The position numbers and the translations under genes are program-made. The notes under the pieces were generated by a model that had not been told where the DNA came from, ran no database searches, and worked only from the letters and a program-made list of their open reading frames with translations. Below, one piece after another: positions 11,049 to 20,040 of a stretch of DNA of 30,728 bases. The DNA comes from Octopus sinensis (Eukaryota), in the NCBI RefSeq assembly GCF_006345805.1, contig NW_021832461.1, positions 1-30,728 of the forward strand. The letters run 5' to 3'. Numbering within the stretch: position 1 is the first letter of the stretch; every line of letters starts with the position of its first letter.

Positions 11049-11773
11049 AAGCCTCCCCACCAGAAATTACCAAAAACATGTAATGAAAAGAAATATAACA
11101 AGTAACTGCAGAATATGTGGAGATGGACAAGAAAAAAAAATCATATTATCTCTGGCTGCCCAGTCCTGGCTAAGAAGGAATATATTCACAGACATGACAG
11201 AGTCGGAACCTACATACACTGGAAGCTATGCCAACATTATGGAATAACAACAGAAAAAATATGGTATAGGCACACACCAGAAAAGGTCACAGAAAACGAG
11301 AAAGCAACCATACTCTGGGATATGCCGATACACACAGATAGAGAAATTAAGAGAAACAGACCAGATATAGTTGTCAGAGATCATGAAGAAAAAAAATGCT
11401 TTCTAATTGATGTATCAATACCGGCAGATGACAACGTGTCTCTAAAAGAAATGGAGAAACTTTCAAAATACAAAGACCTGGAAATAGAGGTAACCAGAAT
11501 GTGGAATCTAAAAACAGAAACAATTCCTATCATAGTAAGTGCATTAGGCATGATAAAAATTATTCAGACAAATACATAACAAAAACACCAGGACTTACAA
11601 ACACATATAACATACAGAAAATTGCACTACTAGGCACTGCACACATCCTACGCAGAACACTTTCCATACAATAACCATCAGAGCATCACAACAAATCACA
11701 GCACATACTCAAGGCACACAGAGCTGCGATCGGTAGTGAAGTGAAAGCACGCTATAAAAATAAAACTACTGAA
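11049..11773 (+). mobile_element. R4/Dong-clade copy B (5'-truncated; CCHC finger + RLE endonuclease + 3' UTR)
   Basis: LPTRNYQKHV...CRICGDGQE..NHIISGCP (CCHC), RHDRV, ILWD, NRPDIVV...LIDVSIP...KEMEKLSKY (PD-(D/E)xK-type RLE). Inserted into the TAA tail of copy A and ends in (GAT)n(AAT)n. Confidence 0.92.
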
Positions 11774-11787
11774 TGATGATGATGATG

Positions 11788-11870
<83 letters not shown>

Positions 11871-11878
11871 GTAATAGT
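11771..11878 (+). repeat. (GAT)n-(AAT)n microsatellite (tail of copy B / right half of the SINE internal repeat)
   Basis: Direct read. Confidence 0.97.
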
Positions 11879-12020
11879 AACATCGAAAAATGAGAACCCA
11901 GGTTCGAAATATCCCCCAAGACACCTGATGAAGGCTGGAGAGTATATCAGCCGAAACGTTGTGTTAACAACAAATAAGATGAAGATAAATACCCGTCAAA
12001 TGTAAATAATATAAATAATG
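11879..12020 (+). mobile_element. Penelope-pLTR-like 3' tail containing a hammerhead motif; probable 3' part of the SINE whose head is at 8520
   Basis: CCTGATGAAGGC...GCCGAAACGTT is the motif typical of Penelope-like element pLTRs. Same orientation as the tRNA head and separated from it only by (AAT)n and Dong/R4 inserts. The linkage to the head is inferred. Confidence 0.72.
11920..11965 (+). ncRNA. Putative minimal type I hammerhead ribozyme (copy 2)
   Basis: GACAC (stem I) CUGAUGA A GGCUG-GAGAGUAUAU-CAGCC (perfect 5-bp stem II) GAAA C GUU GUGUU (stem I'). Palindromic ACGU replaces stem III; predicted cleavage is after GUU at 11960. Confidence 0.78.
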
Positions 12021-12052
12021 TGCAGAATTCTCCATCTCTTATATATACAAGT

Positions 12053-12252
12053 GTATTATCTAGGAATTAAATCAGTTGGAGCTCACAAGTTTGGTGGCAC
12101 ATGATAGTAGATTTTCTTTGACGTCCATTCCTGGATTCTGTGGGCTTTGGGAAAAGATACTGAGTCTTTCTAAAACACGTATGAACTTTTGACGCGTACT
12201 TCCTCCGTCCAGGGCTTAACAACTCGCTCCATCGGCTGAAAGTATCCAGCAG
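12053..12252 (-). pseudogene. Tc1/mariner-superfamily transposase relic (maT/DD37D-like catalytic segment)
   Basis: One minus frame reads AAGYFQPMERVVKPWTEEVRVKSSYVF*KDSVSFPKAHRIQEWTSKKIYYHVPPNL*APTDLIPR*Y. This matches the pattern VVKPW...YVFQQDSAPSHKA..TQEW...WPP.SPDLNPLDY. Confidence 0.7.
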
Positions 12253-12469
12253 CTAAATAATTGTCTTCTTTGAAAGCTATAGGAATTTTTGAAGAATTCC
12301 TGTTTCTTGGAGATTATCACTTTCTCTCAGCTGGTGTTGCTATCACTGACCGTAAAAGGGATTGGTCTACTCAAGAAGCGATGATAATTTGAATACATAA
12401 CACAAAATTATTCGGCGTTGCTGTTCAAATATACACTGTTAGTCTCTCAGAGTTATTTATCAGACCACA

Positions 12470-12606
12470 TTCTCAGACATACACCACATACATATGTAGG
12501 TGTATGTCTGAATACACGTACATATTCAGACATACACAAACATGTACGCAAGTCTCTTCATGCATACACGTTCATACACACACACACACAGCACATGAAC
12601 ATACAC

Positions 12607-12655
<49 letters not shown>

Positions 12656-12753
12656 CTATTATACATATACACATATATATAATATATATAGATATATACA
12701 CAGACACACTGACACACACACATGTTTCTGTGTAATATATATATATATATATT

Positions 12754-12799
<46 letters not shown>

Positions 12800-12800
12800 A
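12470..12800. repeat. (CA)n/(TA)n low-complexity tract
   Basis: Direct read. Confidence 0.9.
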
Positions 12801-12954
12801 CATAAATACCGTATATATCACGATATCTCGAAAGAAGGTACGAATACTCTAAAAGATCTATTGATTTATTCCACATTTTTCTCAGTCTGTTCTTGTTGTT
12901 GTTGTTCTTCTTGTCGTCAGTGATGGCGGAGATGGTACTGGTGGTGGCGGTTAG

Positions 12955-13220
12955 GATTATGATGATGATGTTGATGATGATGATGGTGGGGTGGGTAAGA
13001 AGAAGAAAAAGAAGAAGAAGAAGAAGGAGAAGAAGAAGAAGAAAGAAGAAGAAGAAGAAGAAGAAGAAGAAGAAGAAAAAGAAGAAGAAGAAGAAGAAGA
13101 GAAGAAGAAGAAAGAAGAAGAAGAAGAGAAGAAGAAGAAGAAGAAGAAGAAGAAGAAGAAGAAGAAGAAGAAAAAGAAGAAGAAGAAGAAGAAGAAGAAG
13201 AAGAAGAAGAAGAAATGATA
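12955..13220 (+). repeat. (GAT)n then long imperfect (GAA)n microsatellite
   Basis: Direct read; source of the poly-K/E/R ORFs. Confidence 0.97.
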
Positions 13221-13499
13221 GAAGACGAAGTGGAAGCAGAACACGCAGACAAAAAGAAAAAAAGAGAGTTACAACTAAAAGGGAGATAAACCATGTCTAA
13301 CTCTACTTTCAAATGGATCAAAGCAACGTTTCGCCATTGCACCGTTTCTTCTTCACTTTCCATTATCTACTTGGCTCGGGGTTAGTGTTATCAGGTCGCC
13401 ATTCCTTGATAAACCATTTCCTATCGCCCCTTTCAGCACACCACACCATCTCCCCTCTCCCAACAGTTCCATCTTCCATTTTATCATTTCGTCTCCTCT

Positions 13500-13526
13500 T
13501 TCACTCTCTCTCTCTCTCTTTCTCTC

Positions 13527-13558
<32 letters not shown>

Positions 13559-13853
13559 CCCTCGCTCGCAAACCACCTACTACTCCCCTCCCTCTGTTTT
13601 GTTGTCTTCCATAATATCTACCCAGTAGGCAATGTACTGGAATTGTCTTGTGTCTAGAAACACGGAACTTGAAATAATAACCACACACACATACACACAG
13701 ACACATACACACACACATACACACACATACACACACACACACACACACACATACAGACGCCTTTAACATTTCTCACAGATACATACATACATATTTATAT
13801 ATATAACTATAACACTAGAGTAGATACAGATACACACATAATATATTCACACG

Positions 13854-13905
<52 letters not shown>

Positions 13906-13980
13906 AAGAGAGAGAGAGGGTGAGTAAGAGACAGAGAAAGAAAGAGAGAGAGAGAAAGAGAGACAGATATACACACACTG
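13500..13980. repeat. Cluster of (CT)n, (CA)n, (TA)n and (GA)n dinucleotide repeats
   Basis: Direct read. Confidence 0.9.
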
Positions 13981-14608
13981 ACTCAAATACATACAGACTT
14001 TTTCTGCGGAAGGAAGGTACAAAATTGATTGTGATGGATGGAGAGGATGTCTTTCAAAGAGGAATGATATATATGTATGCATGTATGGAAATCAGAAAAG
14101 AGAGAAAGAGAGAAATTCTAGAAGGCACGCTGACTCCTATACACACTTTCCGACAGTAAAAGAATGATGTTCACAAAACACGACTGGCAATGGACCGAGG
14201 GAGTATTTTGTAGAAATGGTGAATGCATGTACAAGATTGTATATATGAGCGTGTGAGATTCTGCGCATGTATGTATGCATGGTATGGATACCTGAGCAAT
14301 GGAGAGTCTTCGTGTTTTCTGAACTGGTGTCTTTCTTTCTTCACCAACTATGAGTTGGACATTGGTGATTATTTCTGCAGGTCATAAAATTCTTCCATTC
14401 CTGAAATGTTTCAGCGTAGAGGCCATTTCTCAATGGCTTCTTGTACTATTCCAACGAAGCCATCTTATTGTTTGGTAGTCGAAAGAAAACTATCAACTTG
14501 CTCCTGGTACCATCTTTAAAGGCACACGCATTAGTATATAAATATATTCGTATGTACGTATGCATACATGTGTGTAAGCGTGCGTGTGTTTGTGTGTGTG
14601 TGTGGGGG

Positions 14609-14771
14609 GGCGCAGGCGTGACTGTGAGGTAGGAAGCTTGCTTCCAAACCATATGGTTCCGAGTTCAGTCCCACTACGTAGCACTTTGATAAACGTCTTC
14701 TACTATAGCCTGGGACCGATTAATGCTTTGTGAGTGGAGTTAGTAGGCAGAGACTGAAAGAAGCTCTACGA

Positions 14772-14813
<42 letters not shown>

Positions 14814-14919
14814 CGTGAAACTAATACACATGTTTGTTGTTCGTACACCCGACTTCGTCTTTTGTTTTTCTGAAAAGTTTAAGTACTTGTGCGATCGTGT
14901 GTGTTTGTGTGTGTATGTG

Positions 14920-14957
<38 letters not shown>

Positions 14958-15100
14958 GTGTGTGTGTGTGTGTGTGTGTGTATCTGTGTTTCTTTATATG
15001 TCCCCATTGCCATTCGACAACTGGTGTTACTGCACTTTGCAGTTGGGCAAAAAGGGACCGAAAGAACGAGTGCCAATGTTACCAAATTACAACATTTAAT
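14609..15100 (+). mobile_element. tRNA-derived SINE with CORE-like central region and internal (TA)n/(GT)n microsatellites
   Basis: Starts GGCGCAGGCGTGACTGTGAGG (A-box-like), B-box-like GAGTTCAGTCC at 14661-14671. The body resumes after (GT)n as TGTCCCCATTGCCATTCGACAACTGGTG...GCAAAAAGGGACCGAAAGAA. It resembles an abundant octopus SINE as recalled, not searched. Confidence 0.75.
14812..14884 (+). mobile_element. Partial (3' half) copy of the ~150-bp (TA)n-associated family, nested in the SINE's internal (TA)n
   Basis: AGCGTGAAACTAATAC...GTACACCCGACTTCGTCTTTTG aligns with the reverse complement of 23678-23750 and with 27430-27480. Confidence 0.65.
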
Positions 15101-15314
15101 AAATTCCTTACTTTTTACTAGTTTCAGTTAACGCGGTCTAATAAATAAAACAGGTAAACGATACATGATGTGCTATATATACACAGTCTAGCTTAAAAAC
15201 CACTTTTAAGCATCTGACCCCGAATGGGAAGAACTGCAAACAGATCTCTGTCTTGTTTTGGAGAATTTGTTGCAATTACTTCCTCTCGAGTCATATCCCA
15301 ACAAAAATCATATT

Positions 15315-15594
15315 TGTCGCAAAAAAATCATTAAAAAAAATCGCATAAGACAATCTGAGTAATGAAAAGATAGGAACCCAAAATTTCAGAATTGTGGGCC
15401 CGGATTCAGCCTGGAATGTTTTTAATTTACTCATGGAGTTAGCCTTTAGATTATAAAAATGTTATCGTGTAAAAAAAAATGTCGCAAAATGTTACGTTAA
15501 AAATCGTTGAAAACAATCACTAATGAAAACTTGGGGATCCAAAATTTCAGGATTGTGGGTCCGGGTTCGGCCCGGGATGTTTTTAATTTACTCA
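15315..15594 (+). repeat. Diverged tandem duplication, unit ~161-165 bp, unclassified
   Basis: 15360-15433 vs 15521-15594 has 11 mismatches in 74 nt. The upstream TGTCGCAAAA...AATCG...ACAATC is also repeated. Confidence 0.85.
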
Positions 15595-15974
15595 CTGGGT
15601 GAGATCGATTCCAAAGTGGTATGATATGTTGGGTTATGGCCTCTAGGAGTAAATGTGTCTGCTAGAATTATAAGACGATAATTTTCTACGGTCGAACGAT
15701 CGATATCAACCTGTACCCCGAGCAGCAGGAGCGAATGTATGCCATTGTGCAGCAAAAACACCCTGGCATGGGTTAAAAGAAAGCAAGCTCTTCAGCAGCA
15801 AGACACTACAAGACCCTATATCGTTCGAACGACTCGGAATATACTTCAGAAAATTTAGCGAATCGAACTGGGATCACATCCAACATAGAGCCTTGCCCTA
15901 GCTCCATCAGCTTCTTGTTTAGTTCATAGTCTTAACTGTGGCTTTATTGAGTTAACAATATTTACACAATATAT

Positions 15975-16050
15975 GAGAGAGAGACAGGGACAGAGAGAGA
16001 TAGAGAGAGAGGGGGAGAGAGAGGAAGGGAGAGAGGGAGAGAGAGAGAAG
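15975..16050 (+). repeat. Imperfect (GA)n tract
   Basis: Direct read. Confidence 0.9.
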
Positions 16051-17679
16051 AGGGGCGGTGGAAGAAGAATTATTTCTTCGTATCTTTCTCAAAGCGGTAA
16101 GTGAGGATTATGGGATATCAACGCAAGTTAACAGAACGACTTTCCTAAGAAACAGCGTCTATGAGGTTTCCCGATTCGCAAGGTGGAGTTACCAAAACAC
16201 CTTCAAGACTCATTCTAATGTCTTAGTAAAAGAAAGACATATTGTATTTCCCAAGAATCTTATTATCAGTTAATTCGATAAGTAATTAAATAATTAAGTA
16301 GATAAATTAATTAATTAATTAATTATTTCTGAAGTCTATTTCGTCATTGCCGTGAGGGTGTCGCCATCTATAAGACCATAGGCCATGACGAGAGAACTTT
16401 GACAAACCAATTAATCAATGAATGCATTAATAGCTTAATTATCCAATTATCCAATTAATTAGGAATATAACTGAAGTGAAATCCAACCCATGTGTGCTTC
16501 ATTAGCAAAATGATCCTCCCAGAATATAACACTCATACACACGTGTTAAAACATCATCTGACCTCTAGAGGCATGCAATATATTTTCATAATTAACCAAG
16601 CGAATGCCCTCTGACAGTAAACCATACAGCGGTAGTTTCACTCTTAAACTACATGTATCCCACGATGGACCTAAGTATATCGACAGAAATGTCCTAAATC
16701 ACAACTTAGTATCATAAAAATGGCAGAACGCATTACAAGATGTTGCCCTAGATACACTATACCTAGTCCTATCCAGAATGTCTTGAATCATAACTAGACC
16801 TATTCAGAATGAGAACTAACCTTCTAAAAAAAATTTATTTCTTATATTCAAATGTATCTTTATCTGCTTTCAGTAAATGCATCGACAATCACCAGTCAGA
16901 ATCATTGAGGTTTGGCTTCTTTCCAATATCTTTATGTTTAGTGAGGAATCTTACATCCCCTTTGAATTTATAATTTATATAGTACGGATATCTATATTGC
17001 CAGACGGTAGCAAAGAAAAATAAATTGATGAACGAAGTTTAAAATACTCCGGGGTAATACTGCGACGTTTTTATAAAGTTACTTCCCATTCTGCAAAGAT
17101 ATAAACGAAAATAAACTTCTTTATCTCAAAACAACAGATTTGAAACACGGGAAAGAAAAGTTACAGGAGTCGCTTTTTCTCACCGGATCTTCGTTCTTTT
17201 TCACTATTCTTTTAGATAAAGCAATAAACAAGATGAAATATAGACAACAATTTCAAAACAACAAAATTATCTTTTAAGTGTTTCTTAGCAATTTTTTTTT
17301 TAAATTGTCACTTTTAAAAATTTATTTAACCTCCGTATTTATTCTAACAATTTAAATTGTGTCTCACAGTCGTATTATTTGTTCTAATAATCAGAATTTC
17401 GTTAACTAACAATAATTATTTGTTCTAACATCGAAACAATTGCAAGAATAATTCAAATTTTGTTCTGACAAACAAAACACTTCCAGGCAATTATTGTTTA
17501 TTTTCGCAACTGCGTATTATTTTCATTGTTCAAACGATCGTTTTGTCTTGCGACGACTATTGTTGGTGGCAGTGTAATTCGTGTTTAATTTTATGAATTC
17601 TACAAAGAACACCGCTCCGCCGCACTCTGGTATTAACTCTCAAGTGTGTTGCATTACATGTCTAGCAGTTTCACGTTCA

Positions 17680-17773
17680 ACACACACACACACATAAATA
17701 TATATATACATACATACCTATATATATATATATATATATACATACATAGATATTTATATACATGCATACTTAC

Positions 17774-17838
<65 letters not shown>

Positions 17839-17858
17839 TGTGTGTGTGTGTGTGTGTG
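17680..17858. repeat. (CA)n-(TA)n-(TG)n compound microsatellite
   Basis: Direct read. Confidence 0.95.
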
Positions 17859-17859
17859 G

Positions 17860-18141
17860 AAGCGCAATGGCCCAGTGGTTCGAGTAGTGGACTCGCGGTC
17901 GTAGGATCGCGGTTTCGATTCCCAGACCGGGTGCTGTGAGTGTTTATTGAGCGAAAACACTTAAAAGTACCACGAGGCTCCGGCAGGGGGTGGTGATCCC
18001 TGCTGTACTCTTTCACCACTCCTTCTTCTGTTGGCCTGCTCGCTTAGCCAGCGGGATGGCGTCATTCGAAGGCTAAAACAATGCGAAGCGCATTGTGACC
18101 AGCGACGTGTAGCAACATCTGATGGTGTGGTCGGTCACGTG
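17860..18141 (+). mobile_element. tRNA-derived SINE, apparently full length, followed by (TA)n/(CATA)n
   Basis: A box TGGCCCAGTGG (17868-17878), B box GGTTTCGATTCC (17911-17922), GC-rich body, flanked by (TG)n and (TA)n. Confidence 0.82.
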
Positions 18142-18182
<41 letters not shown>

Positions 18183-18489
18183 CATACATACATACATACA
18201 CATATACATATACAGAACAAATTGCACGAAAATTATGTTGAATTTGGGTTATTCTGTTCTCCATTGACTAAAGAATGAGAGGGGTTCCTAGAGATTTTCT
18301 TGTGTTTGTCTCATGCATACAAATGTATCTGCACTACTGAGGTACGTAGAAAATATACCTCCTGTACTCACGCATCTAGATTTTGTTTATACATTTATAA
18401 AGAAGGAACCAATATATGGCTTTGTGTTCGTGTGCCTGTGGTTGTATATGCTTGCGAAGACAATTATATGCGTATGTGACCAAATTCTT

Positions 18490-18595
18490 TATCTTCTTCT
18501 TCTTCTTCTTCTTCTTCTTCTTCTTCTTCTTCTTCTTCTTCTTCTTCTTCTTCTTCTTCTTCTTCTTCTTCTTCTTCTTCTTCTTCTTCTTCTTC

Positions 18596-18628
<33 letters not shown>

Positions 18629-18657
18629 GCCATCATCGTCATCATTATTTTTATCAC

Positions 18658-18712
<55 letters not shown>
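18490..18712. repeat. Compound trinucleotide repeat (CTT)n-(CAT)n-(TAT)n; tail and target of Dong copy B'
   Basis: Direct read. Confidence 0.98.
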
Positions 18713-18715
<3 letters not shown>

Positions 18716-19202
18716 TAGTTTTATTTTTATAGCGTGCATTCATTTCACTACCGAGCGCAGCTCTGTGTGCCTTGGGTATGTGCTGTGATTTGTTGTGATG
18801 CTCTGATGGTTATTGTATGGAAAGTGTTCTGCGTAGGATGTGTGCGGGGCCTAGTAGTGCAATTTTCTGTATGTTATATGTGTTTGTAAGTCCCGGTGTT
18901 TTTGTTATGTATTTGTCTGAATATTTTTTTATCATGCCTAATGCACCTACTATGATAGGAATTGTTTCTGTTTTCAGATTCCACATTCTGGTTACCTCTA
19001 TTTCCAGGTCTTTGTATTTTGAGAGTTTTTCCATTTCTTTTAGAGACACGTTGTCATCTGCCGGTATTAATTAATCAATTAGAAAGCATTTTTTTTCTTC
19101 ATGATCTCTGACAACTATATCTGGCCTGTTGGCCTTAATTTCTCTACCTGTGTGTATCGGCATATCCCAGAGTATGGTTGCTTTCTCGTTTTCTGTGACC
19201 TT
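18713..19202 (-). mobile_element. R4/Dong-clade copy B' (same subfamily as copy B, 5'-truncated)
   Basis: The reverse complement is nearly identical to 11282-11773: KVTENEKATILWD...RPDIVV...SLKEMEKLSKYKDL...HILRRTLSIQ*, with the same 3' UTR. Confidence 0.93.
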
Positions 19203-19218
19203 ATTATTATTATTATTA

Positions 19219-19275
<57 letters not shown>

Positions 19276-19298
19276 TATTATTATTATTATTATTTATT
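19203..19298. repeat. (TTA)n; tail of Dong copy C and target of copy B'
   Basis: Direct read. Confidence 0.97.
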
Positions 19299-19793
19299 GT
19301 CATTGCACAGCTTCTAACGCTGGAGATGTACCACAGTGTCAGCTGTTCACTACCAGTGAACTAAGGTAACACCCCTATTTTTCGAGCACCTTCCGGAGTA
19401 TTAGAGTGGTTCCAAGCAGTGTTGTTTTCTGCAAGTGCTCCACCCTTATTGCATCCCTTATTTGTTCCATGTACTTCTCAAGATTTTTACTCACTGCTCC
19501 CAGGGCTCCAACAATTATTAGTACTACTACCACCTTTTTTCATCGACCACAACTGTTTAACCTCCCAAGCTAACTTGTCATATTTATCGACTTTTCTTTC
19601 TTCGTTATCGAATACCTTGTTGTCAGCTGGGCATGCTATATCTATTATCCAGCACCGTTTGCTTTCTTTCTCAATTAAGACTATGTATGGCTTCCGATTC
19701 TCTATCTCATGGTTGCACTCTTAATCATAAAATCCCACAGAATCTTTGCATTATCATTTTCGATGATGCCTTCGGTTTTGTGGTCTTACCAAT
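19299..19793 (-). mobile_element. R4/Dong-clade copy C (third, divergent subfamily; RLE domain + short 3' UTR)
   Basis: Minus translation with frameshifts: DHKTEGIIENDNAKILWDF...ENRKPYIVLIEKESKRCWIIDIACPADNKV...KVDKYDKLAWEVKQLW...IIVGALG...QKTTLLGT..ILRKVLEK*. Flanked by (AAT)n on both sides. Confidence 0.88.
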
Positions 19794-19808
19794 TTATTAT
19801 TATTTTTA

Positions 19809-19849
<41 letters not shown>

Positions 19850-20040
19850 GAAGGCGGTGAGTTGGCAGCATTGCTCACTCATCAGAAAAAATATTTAGCG
19901 GCATTTCGTCCGTTTTTACGTTCTGAGTTCAAATTCCCCCAAGGTCAACTTTGCTTTTTATTCCTTTCAGGGCCGATGTAATCGATTAACCCCCTCCCTT
20001 CAAATATCAGGGCTTGTGCCTATAGCAGAAATTATAATAA
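19850..20040 (+). mobile_element. tRNA-derived SINE (GAAGGCGG...GAGTTCAAATTC family), diverged
   Basis: A-box-like GAGTTGGCAGCATTG, B-box-like GAGTTCAAATTC (19925-19936), 3' GGCTTGTGCCTATAGCAGAA. A homologous fragment lies at 27038-27136. Confidence 0.75.

Noticed and set aside
13324-13356. Third hammerhead (minus strand GTGAAGAAG...CGAAACGTT)
   Set aside because: The core starts with G instead of C and no stem II or stem I can be formed; at most a decayed relic.
16058-16273. Exon or ORF with a GTAAGT donor at ~16097
   Set aside because: No upstream acceptor (purine tract instead), non-ATG start and no homology cue.
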